Assembly (NCBI GenBank): GCA_002747395.1
Contig: PDPE01000031.1
Span: 37,812-101,811 of the forward strand
Reading direction: 5' to 3'
Source of the DNA: Pseudomonadota bacterium
Lineage (GTDB): Bacteria > Pseudomonadota > Gammaproteobacteria > Pseudomonadales > Oleiphilaceae
DNA length: 64,000 nt
Position numbers and translations under genes: made by a program. The notes below the pieces were generated by a model. The model saw nothing but the letters and a program-made list of their open reading frames with translations, was not told the origin of the DNA and did no database searches. Shown one piece after another: positions 28,623-40,093 of the stretch; position 1 is the stretch's first letter, and every line of letters starts with the position of its first letter.

Positions 28623-31600
28623 ATGCCAAAACGTACTGATCTGAACAGTATACTGATTATTGGTGCAGGCCCGATTGTAATTGGTCAGGCCTGTGAGTTT
28701 GATTATTCCGGTGCGCAAGCCTGCAAGGCGCTCCGTGAAGAGGGTTGCCGGGTGATACTGGTCAACTCCAATCCCGCAACGATCATGACAGATCCCGCCA
28801 TGGCCGATGCCACCTATATCGAGCCGATTACCTGGCAAACGGTAGAAAAAATTATTGAGCAGGAACGCCCGGATGCCCTGCTTCCCACAATGGGGGGGCA
28901 GACTGCGCTCAATTGTGCGCTTGACCTCCAAAGGGAGGGTGTGCTGGAAAAATATGGCGTGGAAATGATTGGTGCCGATGCAGATACGATAGATAAAGCC
29001 GAAGATCGTGAGCGATTTGACAAGGCAATGAAGGCAATCGGCCTCGAAACGCCAAAATCAGACATGGCACACAGCATGGAAGAGGCACTCCAGGTGCTTG
29101 ATTATCTGGGCTTTCCGTGCATTATCCGTCCTTCATTTACCATGGGCGGTTCGGGTGGCGGTATTGCCTATAACCGGGACGAGTTCGAAGAAATCTGTGA
29201 ACGGGGGCTGGATCTGTCTCCAACCAACGAGCTTTTGATTGATGAGTCACTGATCGGTTGGAAAGAGTATGAAATGGAGGTGGTGCGAGACAGAAAAGAC
29301 AATTGCATCATCATCTGTTCGATTGAAAATTTTGACCCCATGGGAGTTCACACCGGTGACTCTATCACAGTCGCCCCGGCACTAACCCTGACTGATAAGG
29401 AATATCAGATCATGCGCAACGCCTCGCTGGCCGTGTTGAGAGAAATCGGTGTGGAAACCGGTGGCTCCAATGTCCAGTTTGGTATTTGTCCGAATACAGG
29501 GCGAATGGTTGTCATCGAGATGAATCCCCGTGTTTCCAGGTCTTCTGCTCTGGCGTCCAAGGCAACGGGGTTCCCGATTGCCAAAGTGGCAGCCAAGCTG
29601 GCAATTGGCTATACGCTTGATGAGTTGCAAAACGATATAACAGGGGGAGCGACTCCGGCGTCGTTTGAGCCATCAATTGATTATGTGGTGACGAAAGTCC
29701 CCCGGTTTGCCTTTGAAAAGTTTCCTCAGGCAGACGAGAGACTGACCACCCAGATGAAGTCTGTTGGTGAAGTCATGGCTTTTGGTCGCACTTTCCAGGA
29801 ATCGCTTCAGAAGGCCTTGCGAGGCCTTGAAGTCGGGGCCACAGGGCTTGACCCGAAACTCGATGTTCAGGAAGAGGACATCAAAGATACGCTGAACAGA
29901 ATGCTGAGAACACCGACAGCCGAGCGAATCTGGTATGTCGGTGATGCTTTCCGGGCTGGTCTGAGTGTTGAGAAAGTATTCGAGCTAACCGGAATCGACC
30001 CCTGGTATCTGGTTCAAATCAAGGACCTGATCGATGATGAGGTCGCAGTGGCCAGGATGGGCCTGAAAGACTTGACCCGCGATATCATGCGTTCGCTGAA
30101 AAGGAAAGGGTTTTCGGATGCGCGCCTTTCCACTTTGCTGGGTGTCACCGAAAAGTCCTTGCGTGTGAAGCGCCAGGAGCTTGGTGTACGCCCGGTTTAC
30201 AAGCGTGTCGATACCTGTGCCGCAGAATTTGCATCCTCAACCGCCTATATGTATTCCAGTTATGAGGAGGAGTGCGAGTCGGCTCCCTCCGATCGACAAA
30301 AGATTGTTGTCATTGGTGGTGGCCCGAACCGCATCGGTCAAGGTATCGAGTTCGATTATTGCTGTGTGCACGCCGCTCTGGCAATGCGTGAAGATGGTTA
30401 TGAAACTATTATGATCAACTGTAATCCGGAAACGGTATCGACAGACTATGATACCTCTGACCGGCTCTATTTTGAGCCGATAACACTGGAAGATGTGTTG
30501 GAGGTGATCGATAAAGAGAAGCCGGAAGGTGTCATTGTTCATTATGGTGGCCAGACGCCCCTGAAACTGGCCAGGGGGCTGGAGGCAGCCGGCGTGCCCA
30601 TTATCGGCACCAGTCCGGAAGCCATTGATCGTGCCGAAGATCGGGAGCGCTTCCAGAAAATGATTCAGCGTCTCGGGCTTTTGCAGCCTGAAAATGCGAC
30701 GGTTCGCAGTCTTCAGGAAGGGGTGGCGTGCGCCAGGGAAATCGGCTACCCGCTGGTGGTGAGGCCATCCTATGTGCTGGGCGGCAGAGCGATGGAAATT
30801 GTTTACAAGGAAGAAGAACTGACCCGGTATATGCGAGATGCCGTACTGGTGTCGAACGACAGTCCGGTGCTGCTTGATCGCTTCCTGAACAGTGCAATCG
30901 AGGTGGATATAGACGCAGTCAGCGATGGTACTCATGTGGTGATCGGTGCCATCATGCAGCACATTGAGCAGGCAGGTGTTCATTCCGGCGATTCGGCGTG
31001 TTCATTGCCACCGTACAGCCTCGCTGCCGATATTCAGGATAAAATGCGGGAAACAGTCAGGCAGATGGCGTTGGAATTGGGTGTGGTAGGCCTGATGAAT
31101 GTTCAGTTGGCCTGGCAGGATGGAGAGGTCTATGTTATCGAAGTCAATCCCAGAGCCTCCAGAACCGTGCCCTTTGTGTCCAAGGCGATTGGAGTTTCAC
31201 TGGCCAGAATAGCGGCTCGCTGTATGGCTGGCGTCAGTCTTGAAGATCAGGGCTTTATGGAGGAAGTGATACCGCCCCATTTTTCTGTCAAGGAGTCGGT
31301 GTTTCCTTTCAACAAGTTTCCGGGTGTTGATCCTATTCTGGGGCCGGAAATGAAGTCTACCGGGGAAGTAATGGGGGTGGGTGACAGCTTCGACGAGGCT
31401 TTTGCCAAGGGTGCGATGGGGGCTGGTGAGCGGCTGCCGAGCGAAGGCACCGCCTTTATCAGTGTCAGAGAAGCGGACAAACCCTCCTGTGTGGCATTGG
31501 CGAAAGACCTGCTTGACGCCGGTTTTACGTTGATCGCGACCGGGGGAACTGCCGAAATTATTTCTGATGCCGGTTTGCCTGTGGAGCGGGTAAACAAAGT

Positions 31601-31829
31601 GAGAGAGGGGCGTCCGCATATAGTGGATAAAATTAAAAATGGCGAAATCAGTTTGATTATCAATACTACCGAAGGCAGAAGGGCGATTGCCGATTCCGCT
31701 CAAATACGTCAGTCGGCGTTGCAGCGCAAGGTATCTTATACGACAACGCTTGCTGGTGGTGAAGCCTTTTGCAGAGCCATTCAGTTCGGCGTGGAAAGAC
31801 GGGTTCGCCGGTTACAGGATTTACATTAG
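28623..31829 (+). CDS. carB: Carbamoyl-phosphate synthase large subunit
   Basis: 1068 aa. Duplicated ATP-grasp halves ([19 protein letters not shown] and [18 protein letters not shown]) and a C-terminal MGS-like domain. Confidence 0.98.
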   Translation: MPKRTDLNSILIIGAGPIVIGQACEFDYSGAQACKALREEGCRVILVNSNPATIMTDPAMADATYIEPITWQTVEKIIEQERPDALLPTMGGQTALNCALDLQREGVLEKYGVEMIGADADTIDKAEDRERFDKAMKAIGLETPKSDMAHSMEEALQVLDYLGFPCIIRPSFTMGGSGGGIAYNRDEFEEICERGLDLSPTNELLIDESLIGWKEYEMEVVRDRKDNCIIICSIENFDPMGVHTGDSITVAPALTLTDKEYQIMRNASLAVLREIGVETGGSNVQFGICPNTGRMVVIEMNPRVSRSSALASKATGFPIAKVAAKLAIGYTLDELQNDITGGATPASFEPSIDYVVTKVPRFAFEKFPQADERLTTQMKSVGEVMAFGRTFQESLQKALRGLEVGATGLDPKLDVQEEDIKDTLNRMLRTPTAERIWYVGDAFRAGLSVEKVFELTGIDPWYLVQIKDLIDDEVAVARMGLKDLTRDIMRSLKRKGFSDARLSTLLGVTEKSLRVKRQELGVRPVYKRVDTCAAEFASSTAYMYSSYEEECESAPSDRQKIVVIGGGPNRIGQGIEFDYCCVHAALAMREDGYETIMINCNPETVSTDYDTSDRLYFEPITLEDVLEVIDKEKPEGVIVHYGGQTPLKLARGLEAAGVPIIGTSPEAIDRAEDRERFQKMIQRLGLLQPENATVRSLQEGVACAREIGYPLVVRPSYVLGGRAMEIVYKEEELTRYMRDAVLVSNDSPVLLDRFLNSAIEVDIDAVSDGTHVVIGAIMQHIEQAGVHSGDSACSLPPYSLAADIQDKMRETVRQMALELGVVGLMNVQLAWQDGEVYVIEVNPRASRTVPFVSKAIGVSLARIAARCMAGVSLEDQGFMEEVIPPHFSVKESVFPFNKFPGVDPILGPEMKSTGEVMGVGDSFDEAFAKGAMGAGERLPSEGTAFISVREADKPSCVALAKDLLDAGFTLIATGGTAEIISDAGLPVERVNKVREGRPHIVDKIKNGEISLIINTTEGRRAIADSAQIRQSALQRKVSYTTTLAGGEAFCRAIQFGVERRVRRLQDLH

Positions 31830-31841
31830 GGAATGGCTGGA

Positions 31842-32318
31842 ATGAATAAAATACCAATGACGGTTTTGGGCGAAAAGGCGCTCCGGGATGAATTGAACGT
31901 TCTTAAAACAGAAAGTCGACCAGGAGTGATTGCTGCTATCGCAGAAGCGAGAGAACATGGTGATTTGAAGGAGAACGCCGAGTATCACGCCGCGCGCGAA
32001 CAGCAAAGCTTTATCGAAGGGCGCATTCAGGAGATAGAAGGGAAATTGTCTCATTCCCAGGTCATTGATGTCGCCGGGATGGATAACAATGGCAAGGTGA
32101 TTTTTGGCTCCACAGTGACCATTCTTCATCTGGAGAACGAAGACGAAGTGACCTATCAAATCGTCGGTGAAGATGAAGCGGATATCAAAGCCGGCAAAAT
32201 CTCGGTCTCCTCTCCAATCGCCCGGGCTCTGATTGGCAAGGAAGAAGGTGACGTTGTCACGGTTCAGGTGCCCAGCGGGTTGGTGGAATACGAGATAGCC
32301 GAGGTCGAATACAAATAG
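31842..32318 (+). CDS. greA: Transcript cleavage factor GreA
   Basis: [18 protein letters not shown] aligns with the E. coli N-terminus MQAIPMT. The track start at 31833 is an alternative. Confidence 0.93.
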   Translation: MNKIPMTVLGEKALRDELNVLKTESRPGVIAAIAEAREHGDLKENAEYHAAREQQSFIEGRIQEIEGKLSHSQVIDVAGMDNNGKVIFGSTVTILHLENEDEVTYQIVGEDEADIKAGKISVSSPIARALIGKEEGDVVTVQVPSGLVEYEIAEVEYK

Positions 32319-32466
32319 CCGGGGTGAATACAGGGCGCAAGTCTTTTTTGCTGCCCGTTATTCGTACCTGTCGTTCGGTGAGGCTTCTCGTTCGTGAGTC
32401 AGGGGAGCCGAGAGAGTTGGCCCGGTAAAGGTCAGCTCTCTTTATTACGGGTGTGAACTTCGGCTG

Positions 32467-32790
32467 TTAGCCGGATTTCGGCTGGATGTTGCGAAGAATG
32501 TTTGACAGCCCGGGGTCGGGTTTGTCGGCCTTCCTGAACAGAACGACGGTTTTTCCGATAGACTGGACGAGCTCTGCGCCACTTTTGCAGATGATGTCGT
32601 CGATGATGCGTTTTCTGTCGTCTCTGTCACCCGGGTTGATTTTTATCTTGATCAGTTCATGGTCATGCAGGGCTCTGTCGAGTTCTGTTACCAGCGACTC
32701 GCTGACGCCTTTATCGCCAATCAGTAAAACGGGCTTTAAATTGTGGGCTATGGCGCGATAGTGTTTTTTCTTGTCCGAGGTAAGGCTCAT
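32467..32790 (-). CDS. yhbY: Ribosome assembly RNA-binding protein YhbY (CRM domain)
   Basis: Contains LRAIAHNLKPVLLIGDKGVSESLVTELDRALHDHELIKIKI-type sequence. Divergent from rlmE as in E. coli. Confidence 0.9.
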   Translation of the reverse strand: MSLTSDKKKHYRAIAHNLKPVLLIGDKGVSESLVTELDRALHDHELIKIKINPGDRDDRKRIIDDIICKSGAELVQSIGKTVVLFRKADKPDPGLSNILRNIQPKSG

Positions 32791-32862
32791 TTCGTTTTTC
32801 TCGATACAGTGAATAATGGAATGGAATCAATGACCAGTTTACCATAATTTTGGAGGCAGCTT

Positions 32863-33489
32863 GTGGCCCGATCAAAAACCAGCTCCGGTTGGCTCCGTGA
32901 ACATTTTGATGACCGGTACGTGAAGATGTCCCGGCAGGACGGTTACCGTTCCAGAGCAAGTTACAAGTTGCTCGAAATCGACAGCAAGGATCACCTGTTT
33001 CGCCCCGGTTCCGTTGTCATCGATCTGGGAGCCGCCCCCGGAGGCTGGACTCAGGTCGCTGTTGAAAAGGTGGGGCCGGGCGGAATTGTTATCGCCAGCG
33101 ATATTTTACCCATGGATGCTCTCGCAGATGTGGAGTTCATTCAGGGCGACTTTACCGAACAGGAAGTTCTCGATCGGATACTCTCGGTGGCGGGTGATAA
33201 AAAAGCCGACCTTGTAATCTCGGATATGGCCCCAAATATGAGTGGTATGCCGTCGGTCGATATTCCCAAAGCCATGTACCTTGTGGAGCTTGCGCTGGAT
33301 TTGGCGAAAACCGTCCTGAAACCCGGGGGAGCCTTTGTGACCAAGGTATTCCAGGGCGAGGGGTATAATGATTTGCTTGGCGATATGCGAACCTGTTTCT
33401 CAAAAGTTGTCAGCAGAAAGCCTGATGCTTCAAGGGCAAGATCCAGGGAAATGTATCAGGTCTGTAAAGGCTTCAAGGGCAGGGTGTAA
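32863..33489 (+). CDS. rlmE: 23S rRNA (U2552-2'-O)-methyltransferase RlmE/FtsJ
   Basis: GTG start with a GGAGG SD. SAM motif [14 protein letters not shown]; also [10 protein letters not shown]. Confidence 0.94.
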   Translation: MARSKTSSGWLREHFDDRYVKMSRQDGYRSRASYKLLEIDSKDHLFRPGSVVIDLGAAPGGWTQVAVEKVGPGGIVIASDILPMDALADVEFIQGDFTEQEVLDRILSVAGDKKADLVISDMAPNMSGMPSVDIPKAMYLVELALDLAKTVLKPGGAFVTKVFQGEGYNDLLGDMRTCFSKVVSRKPDASRARSREMYQVCKGFKGRV

Positions 33490-33652
33490 CTGTTTGGTCA
33501 TAATTCTTACTATTATTAGAGCCTGCCCGTCTGGTTTGGCAGAGCATCTTGTAGTATGGTTTACGCCACACTTGCGAGTATTTGCGCGGTAAATTGTCTT
33601 GCTGGCTACTAACGGTTTGTTTGTACGACAGTTTGTTCGTTTAACTTTTAAA

Positions 33653-33698
33653 CAGTGAATTATTCAGTAGTGAATTTTTAAATAGTGAATTTTTTAAA
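33653..33698. repeat. 15-16-bp tandem repeat (T/C)AGTGAATT...: three copies just upstream of ftsH
   Basis: CAGTGAATTATTCAG / TAGTGAATTTTTAAA / TAGTGAATTTTTTAAA. Confidence 0.8.
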
Positions 33699-33725
33699 TA
33701 GAGAGTGGGGCATTCTTTGAACGAT

Positions 33726-35633
33726 ATGGCGAAAAATCTGGTTTTATGGTTGATCATAGCAGCCGTTTTACTGACCGTGTTCAACAACTTTAATCCCGGG
33801 AGACACACTCAGGTCTCGGATTATTCGACTTTTGTTGAAATGTATGAGTCCGGGCAGGTGAGCAAGGTAATAATTGACGGATTGCGAATCGAAGGGGTTC
33901 GCGTGGATGGCAGTCGTTTCGAGACAATTCGGCCAAGTGCCCCGGACGTCAATCTTATTGACGAGCTTTTGAAACATAAAGTGGTGATCGAAGGGCGAGA
34001 GCCTGAGCAACAAAGTATCTGGACGCAGCTTCTTGTGGCCTCTTTCCCGATTCTGGTCATTATCGCCGTGTTTATGTTTTTCATGCGGCAGATGCAGGGA
34101 GGTGCAGGCGGCAAAGGCCCCATGTCATTTGGTAAAAGCAAGGCTCGCCTGATGAGCGAGGATCAAATCAAAACAACATTTGCAGATGTTGCCGGTGTCG
34201 ACGAGGCAAAGGAAGATGTAAAGGAATTGGTCGAGTTTTTACGTGACCCGAGCAAATTTCAGCGTCTGGGTGGCAGGATTCCTCGTGGCGTGCTTATGGT
34301 TGGCTCCCCGGGAACCGGTAAAACCTTGCTTGCCAAGGCGATAGCAGGAGAGGCAAAGGTACCGTTTTTCTCCATTTCCGGTTCAGACTTTGTTGAAATG
34401 TTCGTTGGTGTGGGCGCCTCGCGTGTTCGGGATATGTTTGATCAGGCGAAAAAGCAGTCTCCCTGCATTATCTTTATTGATGAGATCGATGCCGTTGGCC
34501 GTCATCGGGGTGCCGGTCTGGGTGGCGGGCATGACGAGCGAGAGCAGACCCTGAATCAGTTGCTCGTTGAAATGGACGGGTTTGAAGGCAATGAAGGTGT
34601 CATCGTCATCGCCGCGACCAACCGACCGGATGTGCTCGACCCTGCCCTGTTGCGCCCCGGCAGGTTCGACAGGCAAGTGGTGGTCAGTTTGCCGGATATT
34701 GTGGGCAGAGAGCATATTCTGAAAGTGCACATGTCAAAGGTGCCTCTTGAGGAGGGCGTCAATGTTGCCCTTATCGCACGGGGAACACCAGGCTTTTCCG
34801 GAGCGGATCTGGCGAATCTGGTGAATGAGGCAGCATTGTTTGCGGCCCGATCGAATCTTCGACTGGTTGGTATGCGAGAGCTGGAATTGGCGAAGGACAA
34901 AATCATGATGGGCGCAGAGCGCAAATCCATGGTGATGTCGGAAAAAGAAAAGAGTAATACGGCCTTTCACGAAGCAGGCCACGCTATTGTAGGAAGGCTG
35001 ATGCCAGAACACGATCCGGTTTACAAGGTAAGTATTATTCCGCGGGGTCGCGCCCTGGGAGTCACCATGTTTCTGCCGGAAGAAGACCGTTACAGCCTGA
35101 GCAAGCGGCACTTGATCAGTCAGGTATGCAGTTTGTTTGGCGGGCGTATTGCGGAGGAGCTTACACTCGGCAAGGATGGCGTGACGACGGGTGCATCGAA
35201 TGATATCAAGCGAGCTACCGAGCTGGCGCGCAATATGGTTACCAAGTGGGGTTTGTCAGACAAGTTGGGGCCCCTGCTTTATGATGAGGCGGAAGAAGAA
35301 GTGTTTCTCGGTCGATCGGCCGGTCACTCACCGAAAGTGTACTCACCTGAAACAGCGCAAAGAATCGATGAAGAGGTAAGAACCATCATTGATGACTGCT
35401 ATGAAGTGGCAAAAAAAATACTGGTTGAGAACATGGACAAGTTGAACATGATGGCTGAGGCCCTGATGAAATACGAAACCATCGATTCCGACCAGATCGC
35501 ATCGATCATGGAAGGGCGGGAGCCCGGGCCGCCAAAAGGCTGGCTGGATGAGGATGAGGCACTGTTGGGTGATGGTGGTGAGGAGCTTGCTGACGAGAAC
35601 GATGATGCTGATGACAAGGGTAAGGCCGGTTAG
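33726..35633 (+). CDS. ftsH: ATP-dependent zinc metalloprotease FtsH
   Basis: Start at [11 protein letters not shown] as in E. coli (the track ORF starts at 33705). Walker A GSPGTGKT, Walker B IIFIDEID, zinc site HEAGHA. Confidence 0.97.
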   Translation: MAKNLVLWLIIAAVLLTVFNNFNPGRHTQVSDYSTFVEMYESGQVSKVIIDGLRIEGVRVDGSRFETIRPSAPDVNLIDELLKHKVVIEGREPEQQSIWTQLLVASFPILVIIAVFMFFMRQMQGGAGGKGPMSFGKSKARLMSEDQIKTTFADVAGVDEAKEDVKELVEFLRDPSKFQRLGGRIPRGVLMVGSPGTGKTLLAKAIAGEAKVPFFSISGSDFVEMFVGVGASRVRDMFDQAKKQSPCIIFIDEIDAVGRHRGAGLGGGHDEREQTLNQLLVEMDGFEGNEGVIVIAATNRPDVLDPALLRPGRFDRQVVVSLPDIVGREHILKVHMSKVPLEEGVNVALIARGTPGFSGADLANLVNEAALFAARSNLRLVGMRELELAKDKIMMGAERKSMVMSEKEKSNTAFHEAGHAIVGRLMPEHDPVYKVSIIPRGRALGVTMFLPEEDRYSLSKRHLISQVCSLFGGRIAEELTLGKDGVTTGASNDIKRATELARNMVTKWGLSDKLGPLLYDEAEEEVFLGRSAGHSPKVYSPETAQRIDEEVRTIIDDCYEVAKKILVENMDKLNMMAEALMKYETIDSDQIASIMEGREPGPPKGWLDEDEALLGDGGEELADENDDADDKGKAG

Positions 35634-35707
35634 CGTCAGCTTGTGTTTGGAAGTGGCTTGTTAATCAATTTATGGTCACCCCTGTTCGAGGGGTGTGTTG
35701 CACGGAT

Positions 35708-36544
35708 ATGATTGAATCTGACCCCTGGTGTGCCCTTTTCGATTCATCGTCCCCGACTGTCATGGGGGTGCTTAATGTCACTCCCGACTCTTTTTCTGAT
35801 GGTGGGCGCTTTTCTTCCCTGTCCGCAGCCTGCGATCAGGCATTGCAACTGTTTGAGGATGGCGCCGGTATTGTCGATATCGGCGGCGAGTCGACGCGCC
35901 CTGGCGCTTTGCCTGTGTCCTCGCAGGAGGAACTGGATCGGGTTATCCCTGTCATTGAGGCAGTTCGCAGGGAGAGTGATGGCTTTTTGTCTGTTGATAC
36001 AAGCAACCCTGTTGTGATGAGGGCGGCAGTGTCAGCCGGGGCAAATATGATCAATGACGTGCGGGCGCTTACCCGTCCGGGTGCACTGGCAGAGGCGGTT
36101 GATCTTTCAGTTCCGGTTTGCCTGATGCATATGCAGGGGAGCCCCGGGGATATGCAAGACGCTCCGAAATATGCTTCTGTGGTAGAAGAAGTTATGCAGT
36201 TTTTGAGTGAGCGCAAAAAGGAATGCGTAGAGGCAGGGCTGGCAGAGAGTAATATTATACTTGATCCCGGGTTCGGATTTGGCAAGACGCTTGAGCATAA
36301 TCTGGACTTGCTGGCCAATTTGTCACAGCTCCGTCAGTTAGGCTCTCCTGTTCTTGTGGGAGTCTCAAGAAAATCAATGTTTGGGCAATTGTTGGGAAGG
36401 CCTGTTGAAGAGAGACTGGCGGGAACCGTTGCTGCGACCGTTATCGCAGTGCAGCAGGGGTGCGCGGTGATCAGAGTGCATGATGTAAAGGAATCGGTAG
36501 ATGCGATAAAGCTGGTGTTGGCTACGAGGAGGGGATTGCAATGA
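35708..36544 (+). CDS. folP: Dihydropteroate synthase
   Basis: Motifs [16 protein letters not shown] and [10 protein letters not shown]. The start is trimmed to the ATG at 35708 and is uncertain. Confidence 0.93.
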   Translation: MIESDPWCALFDSSSPTVMGVLNVTPDSFSDGGRFSSLSAACDQALQLFEDGAGIVDIGGESTRPGALPVSSQEELDRVIPVIEAVRRESDGFLSVDTSNPVVMRAAVSAGANMINDVRALTRPGALAEAVDLSVPVCLMHMQGSPGDMQDAPKYASVVEEVMQFLSERKKECVEAGLAESNIILDPGFGFGKTLEHNLDLLANLSQLRQLGSPVLVGVSRKSMFGQLLGRPVEERLAGTVAATVIAVQQGCAVIRVHDVKESVDAIKLVLATRRGLQ

Positions 36545-37884
36545 CCAGGAAAAAATATTTTGGTACCGATGGCATAAGAGGAGAGGTGGGGCAGCATCCC
36601 ATTACGCCCGATTTTATGCTAAAGCTGGGTTGGGCAGCAGGCAGGGTGTTTGCTGAAAACTCCTCGCACGGCAAGGTATTGATCGGTAAGGATACGAGAA
36701 TCTCGGGCTATATGTTTGAATCTGCGCTTGAAGCCGGGTTGTCGGCAGCCGGCGTGGATGTCAGTTTGCTGGGGCCGATGCCAACTCCCGCTATCGCTTA
36801 CCTGACGCGTACTTTCAGAGCCAATGCCGGAATTGTCATTAGCGCCTCTCACAATCCGCATATGGATAACGGGATCAAGTTTTTTTCCTCTGCAGGAACC
36901 AAGCTCGATGATGATGTTGAGTTCAGCATAGAAAAGTATATTGACAGGGAAATGGATGTTGTCGAATCTCACTTGCTTGGCAAGGCAGTGCGAATTCAGG
37001 ATGCACCAGGGCGCTATGTGGAATTTTGTAAAAGCTCCGTTCCTTCATCGGTGAGTATGGAAGGAATGCGTATAGTGCTCGATTGCGCTCACGGGGCCAC
37101 CTATCATGTAGCACCGCTGGTGTTCGCAGAACTGGGCGCACAGGTGACCACAATAGGTACCTCGCCTGACGGTCTGAATATTAATAAAGAGTTTGGTTCT
37201 ACCAGTCCGGAAGCTTTGGTAAGGGAAGTGCTCGAACAAAAAGCGGATATGGGAATTGCCTTTGATGGTGATGGCGACCGGGTCATTATGGTTGACCACA
37301 AGGGAGAAGTGGTCGACGGGGATGAATTGTTGTTCATTATTGCAAAGGGACTCGACAAGGCGGGAAGATTGAAAGGTGGTGTGGTAGGTACCCTGATGAC
37401 CAACTTTGGCGCAGAGATGGCGTTTAGGGAGCTGGGTATACCGTTTGAGCGAGCAAAGGTGGGAGACCGCTATGTCATGGAGCGCCTGATCAGCAATGGC
37501 TGGATTCTTGGTGGAGAAGGGTCGGGTCACATTGTGTGCCGGGACAATACCACCACCGGTGATGCGATTATCTCTGCCTTGCAGGTTATTGTTGCCATTC
37601 AGGATAGCGGCAAATCGCTCAATGAAGTCAAATCCGGAATGACAAAGCTGCCGCAAAGGATGATTAATGTCAGGGTGGCCGAGAAAAAAGAGCCCATGAA
37701 AAACGATGAGATTTGCCAGGCGGTCGCCAGAGTTGAAGCTGAACTGGGTGGCCAGGGGCGGGTTTTATTGCGCGCATCTGGAACCGAGCCGGTAATCAGA
37801 GTGATGACCGAAGGGACAAATCCCCAGTTAATTGAGCGATTGGCTAAAGAGTTGGCTGGAATAGTGGAAAAAGCACTGGGTTAA
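36541..37884 (+). CDS. glmM: Phosphoglucosamine mutase
   Basis: Motif YFGTDGIRG, active-site ISASHNP and metal site FDGDGDR. ATGA overlap with folP. Confidence 0.96.
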   Translation: MTRKKYFGTDGIRGEVGQHPITPDFMLKLGWAAGRVFAENSSHGKVLIGKDTRISGYMFESALEAGLSAAGVDVSLLGPMPTPAIAYLTRTFRANAGIVISASHNPHMDNGIKFFSSAGTKLDDDVEFSIEKYIDREMDVVESHLLGKAVRIQDAPGRYVEFCKSSVPSSVSMEGMRIVLDCAHGATYHVAPLVFAELGAQVTTIGTSPDGLNINKEFGSTSPEALVREVLEQKADMGIAFDGDGDRVIMVDHKGEVVDGDELLFIIAKGLDKAGRLKGGVVGTLMTNFGAEMAFRELGIPFERAKVGDRYVMERLISNGWILGGEGSGHIVCRDNTTTGDAIISALQVIVAIQDSGKSLNEVKSGMTKLPQRMINVRVAEKKEPMKNDEICQAVARVEAELGGQGRVLLRASGTEPVIRVMTEGTNPQLIERLAKELAGIVEKALG

Positions 37885-37955
37885 TTCCTATTTATTACTT
37901 GTAAGTTATAAATAAGTCAGTTAGTATTTCGGCCTCCTGATTTGGGGGGATGATT

Positions 37956-38717
37956 ATGCGCAAAAAACTGGTTGCTGGTAACTGGAAAATGCACGGTGAA
38001 CTTGGCTTTTCCAAAGGGTTGGCTAAAGAGTTGTGTGACGGGTTGAGTCAATCCGGGATATCTTCGCAAGTTGCTGTGTTTCCTCCCTCAGTGGTTATGG
38101 GAGCAGTGATTTCGGTTGTTGATGAGTCGGGTGCATCTTTGGCTGTTGGCAGTCAAAATATCGCAACCCGGGTCGAAGGGGCTTATACCGGGGAAGTTTC
38201 TGCCGCCATGATCAAGAGTGTTGGTGGTAGTATGACTCTGATCGGGCATTCAGAGCGCAGAACGCTCTATGGTGAGACCGATGATGTTGTGGCAGAAAAA
38301 CTGCATCGTGCCCTGGATGCTGGTCTGACACCCGTTGTTTGTGTGGGTGAAACCCTGGAAGAGCGGGAATCCGGCGAAACTGAAAAGGTGGTCGAGAGGC
38401 AAGTGCTTGCTGCGCTGGAAGGCTTTTCAGCGAAACAGCTCGATGATCTTGTCATTGCCTACGAGCCGGTGTGGGCCATTGGTACGGGTAAAACTGCATC
38501 CCCTGATGAAGCGCAGCAGGTTCACGGGTTTATACGTGACTTGCTGGGTAAAAAAGACAAGGCCCTGGCTGCCGGAACGAGAGTTCTGTACGGGGGGAGT
38601 GTCAAGCCGGATAATGCTGGCGAATTGTTCGCTCGGGAAGATATTGACGGTGGTCTTATAGGTGGTGCATCGTTGTCAGCAGAAAGTTTTTTGCAAATTT
38701 GTCTGGCTGCAGGTTGA
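37956..38717 (+). CDS. tpiA: Triosephosphate isomerase
   Basis: Motifs VAGNWKMHG, IGHSERR and AYEPVWAIGTG. The ATG at 37956 has better spacing from the GGGGGG SD than the one at 37950. Confidence 0.95.
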   Translation: MRKKLVAGNWKMHGELGFSKGLAKELCDGLSQSGISSQVAVFPPSVVMGAVISVVDESGASLAVGSQNIATRVEGAYTGEVSAAMIKSVGGSMTLIGHSERRTLYGETDDVVAEKLHRALDAGLTPVVCVGETLEERESGETEKVVERQVLAALEGFSAKQLDDLVIAYEPVWAIGTGKTASPDEAQQVHGFIRDLLGKKDKALAAGTRVLYGGSVKPDNAGELFAREDIDGGLIGGASLSAESFLQICLAAG

Positions 38718-38775
38718 TCGGGTCAGGCGATCCAAACAGTTCGAAAGTCAGTTTTAAGTGGTGAGCGTTTAAATA

Positions 38776-39213
38776 ATGGAATGGATGGAAACGGTTGTAA
38801 GTGTGACGCATGTATTGGCCTCCATTGCCCTGGTTGCTCTGGTTCTGTTGCAGCAGGGAAAGGGTGCCGATGCTGGTGCTGCGTTTGGTAGTGGTGCGTC
38901 ACAAACTGTTTTTGGTTCCCAGGGTTCCGGGAACTTTTTAAGCAAAATGACAACATGGATTGCGGTGATATTTTTTGTCACCAGCTTTTCTCTGGCGGTA
39001 TTTGCAAAACAGCGTGCAACCTCGTTGCAAGCTGACGAAGGGATAGTGCCGGGGCTTGTTTCAGTGCCTGTAGAGCAAAGCGAAAGCGCTGCTGATGCCG
39101 GAGACGCTGATAGTGGAGCAGGTGATGTCGGAATCGGTGACGAAAGCAGGCCCGCTGCTTCTATAGATGAAGGCTCGGCACCGGTTGAGCCCGCAGTGCC
39201 CGAGTTGGAATAG
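38776..39213 (+). CDS. secG: Preprotein translocase subunit SecG (with an acidic/Ala-rich C-terminal tail)
   Basis: [34 protein letters not shown] core. Followed by tRNA-Leu(GAG), as with E. coli secG-leuU. Confidence 0.92.
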   Translation: MEWMETVVSVTHVLASIALVALVLLQQGKGADAGAAFGSGASQTVFGSQGSGNFLSKMTTWIAVIFFVTSFSLAVFAKQRATSLQADEGIVPGLVSVPVEQSESAADAGDADSGAGDVGIGDESRPAASIDEGSAPVEPAVPELE

Positions 39214-39263
39214 GTGACAAATCCCGGGGCAGGTAACAAGCCCTGGAGCAGGTAACAGGTTTT

Positions 39264-39348
39264 GCCGAAGTGGTGGAATTGGTAGACACGCTATCTTGAG
39301 GGGGTAGTGGCGTAAGCCGTGCCGGTTCAAGTCCGGCCTTCGGCACCA
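39264..39348 (+). tRNA. leuU: tRNA-Leu (anticodon GAG), class II with a long variable arm and encoded CCA
   Basis: GCCGAAGTGGTGGAATTGGTAGACACGCTATCTTGAGGGGGTAGTGGCGTAAGCCGTGCCGGTTCAAGTCCGGCCTTCGGCACCA. The acceptor stem GCCGAAG/CTTCGGC pairs, the anticodon loop is TTGAGGG, and a GGTTCAAGTCC T-arm is present. Confidence 0.95.
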
Positions 39349-39459
39349 TTTGTTGATCAGAGATCATTTTGCATGAGGCTCTGATGTGACCCGGAAGCGG
39401 GGGTCATATTGTCCGGTTGCAGGCTTTCCGTCTTTGGAGGGCAGGCTGCAGCCAATTTG

Positions 39460-39479
39460 GCCCCGTTATGGGGCTTTTT
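39460..39479 (+). terminator. Intrinsic terminator downstream of tRNA-Leu
   Basis: GCCCC-GTTAT-GGGGC followed by TTTTT. Confidence 0.6.
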
Positions 39480-39554
39480 ATTACCTGTTGTGGTGGTATG
39501 GATAACAGGTGGCACGAGTTGTTAATGGCAGGTGGCACGGGTTAATAGATAGTA

Positions 39555-39576
39555 ATGGGCTTAGTGCCCATTTTTT
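39555..39576 (+). terminator. Terminator-like hairpin 26 nt upstream of rimP (candidate NusA-responsive leader attenuator)
   Basis: ATGGGC-TTAGT-GCCCAT followed by TTTTT. Confidence 0.5.
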
Positions 39577-39602
39577 GTTTGTGACAGTTATCGAGGTATG
39601 GT

Positions 39603-40052
39603 TTGGCTTCAAAGCAGGTTTTACTGGAAGGTATGCTGAGTCCTGTAATCGAAAGCATGGGGTTCGAGTGTTGGGGGGTTGAGTATGTGTCCCAGGGAAG
39701 GCATTCGGTGCTTCGTGTCTATATCGACTGTGAGGCCGGAATCACCCTCGAAAATTGTGAATCGGTCAGCCGCCAGATTAGCGGTGTTCTGGATGTTGAG
39801 GATCCGATTTCATCCGAGTATACGCTCGAAGTGTCATCGCCCGGCATGGACAGGCCTCTGTTTACATTGTCTCAATTTGAACGGTTCGTAGGGAGTACCG
39901 TTGGTATAAAACTGAAAATGCCCTTTGAAGGAAAGAGAAAGTATCAGGGGGTGTTGAAAGGGGTTGAGCAGGATGAAGTGGTGCTTCTTGTCGAGCAACA
40001 TGAGTTGTTACTCCCTTATGAAATGATAGATAAAGCCAATGTGGTTGCGTAA
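39603..40052 (+). CDS. rimP: Ribosome maturation factor RimP
   Basis: TTG start with a GAGGT SD 5 nt upstream. Contains [50 protein letters not shown]. Confidence 0.92.
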   Translation: MASKQVLLEGMLSPVIESMGFECWGVEYVSQGRHSVLRVYIDCEAGITLENCESVSRQISGVLDVEDPISSEYTLEVSSPGMDRPLFTLSQFERFVGSTVGIKLKMPFEGKRKYQGVLKGVEQDEVVLLVEQHELLLPYEMIDKANVVA

Positions 40053-40093
40053 GTCTAATTTGACGTTTTTCATCTGAAAGGCAGGTCGGCTGA

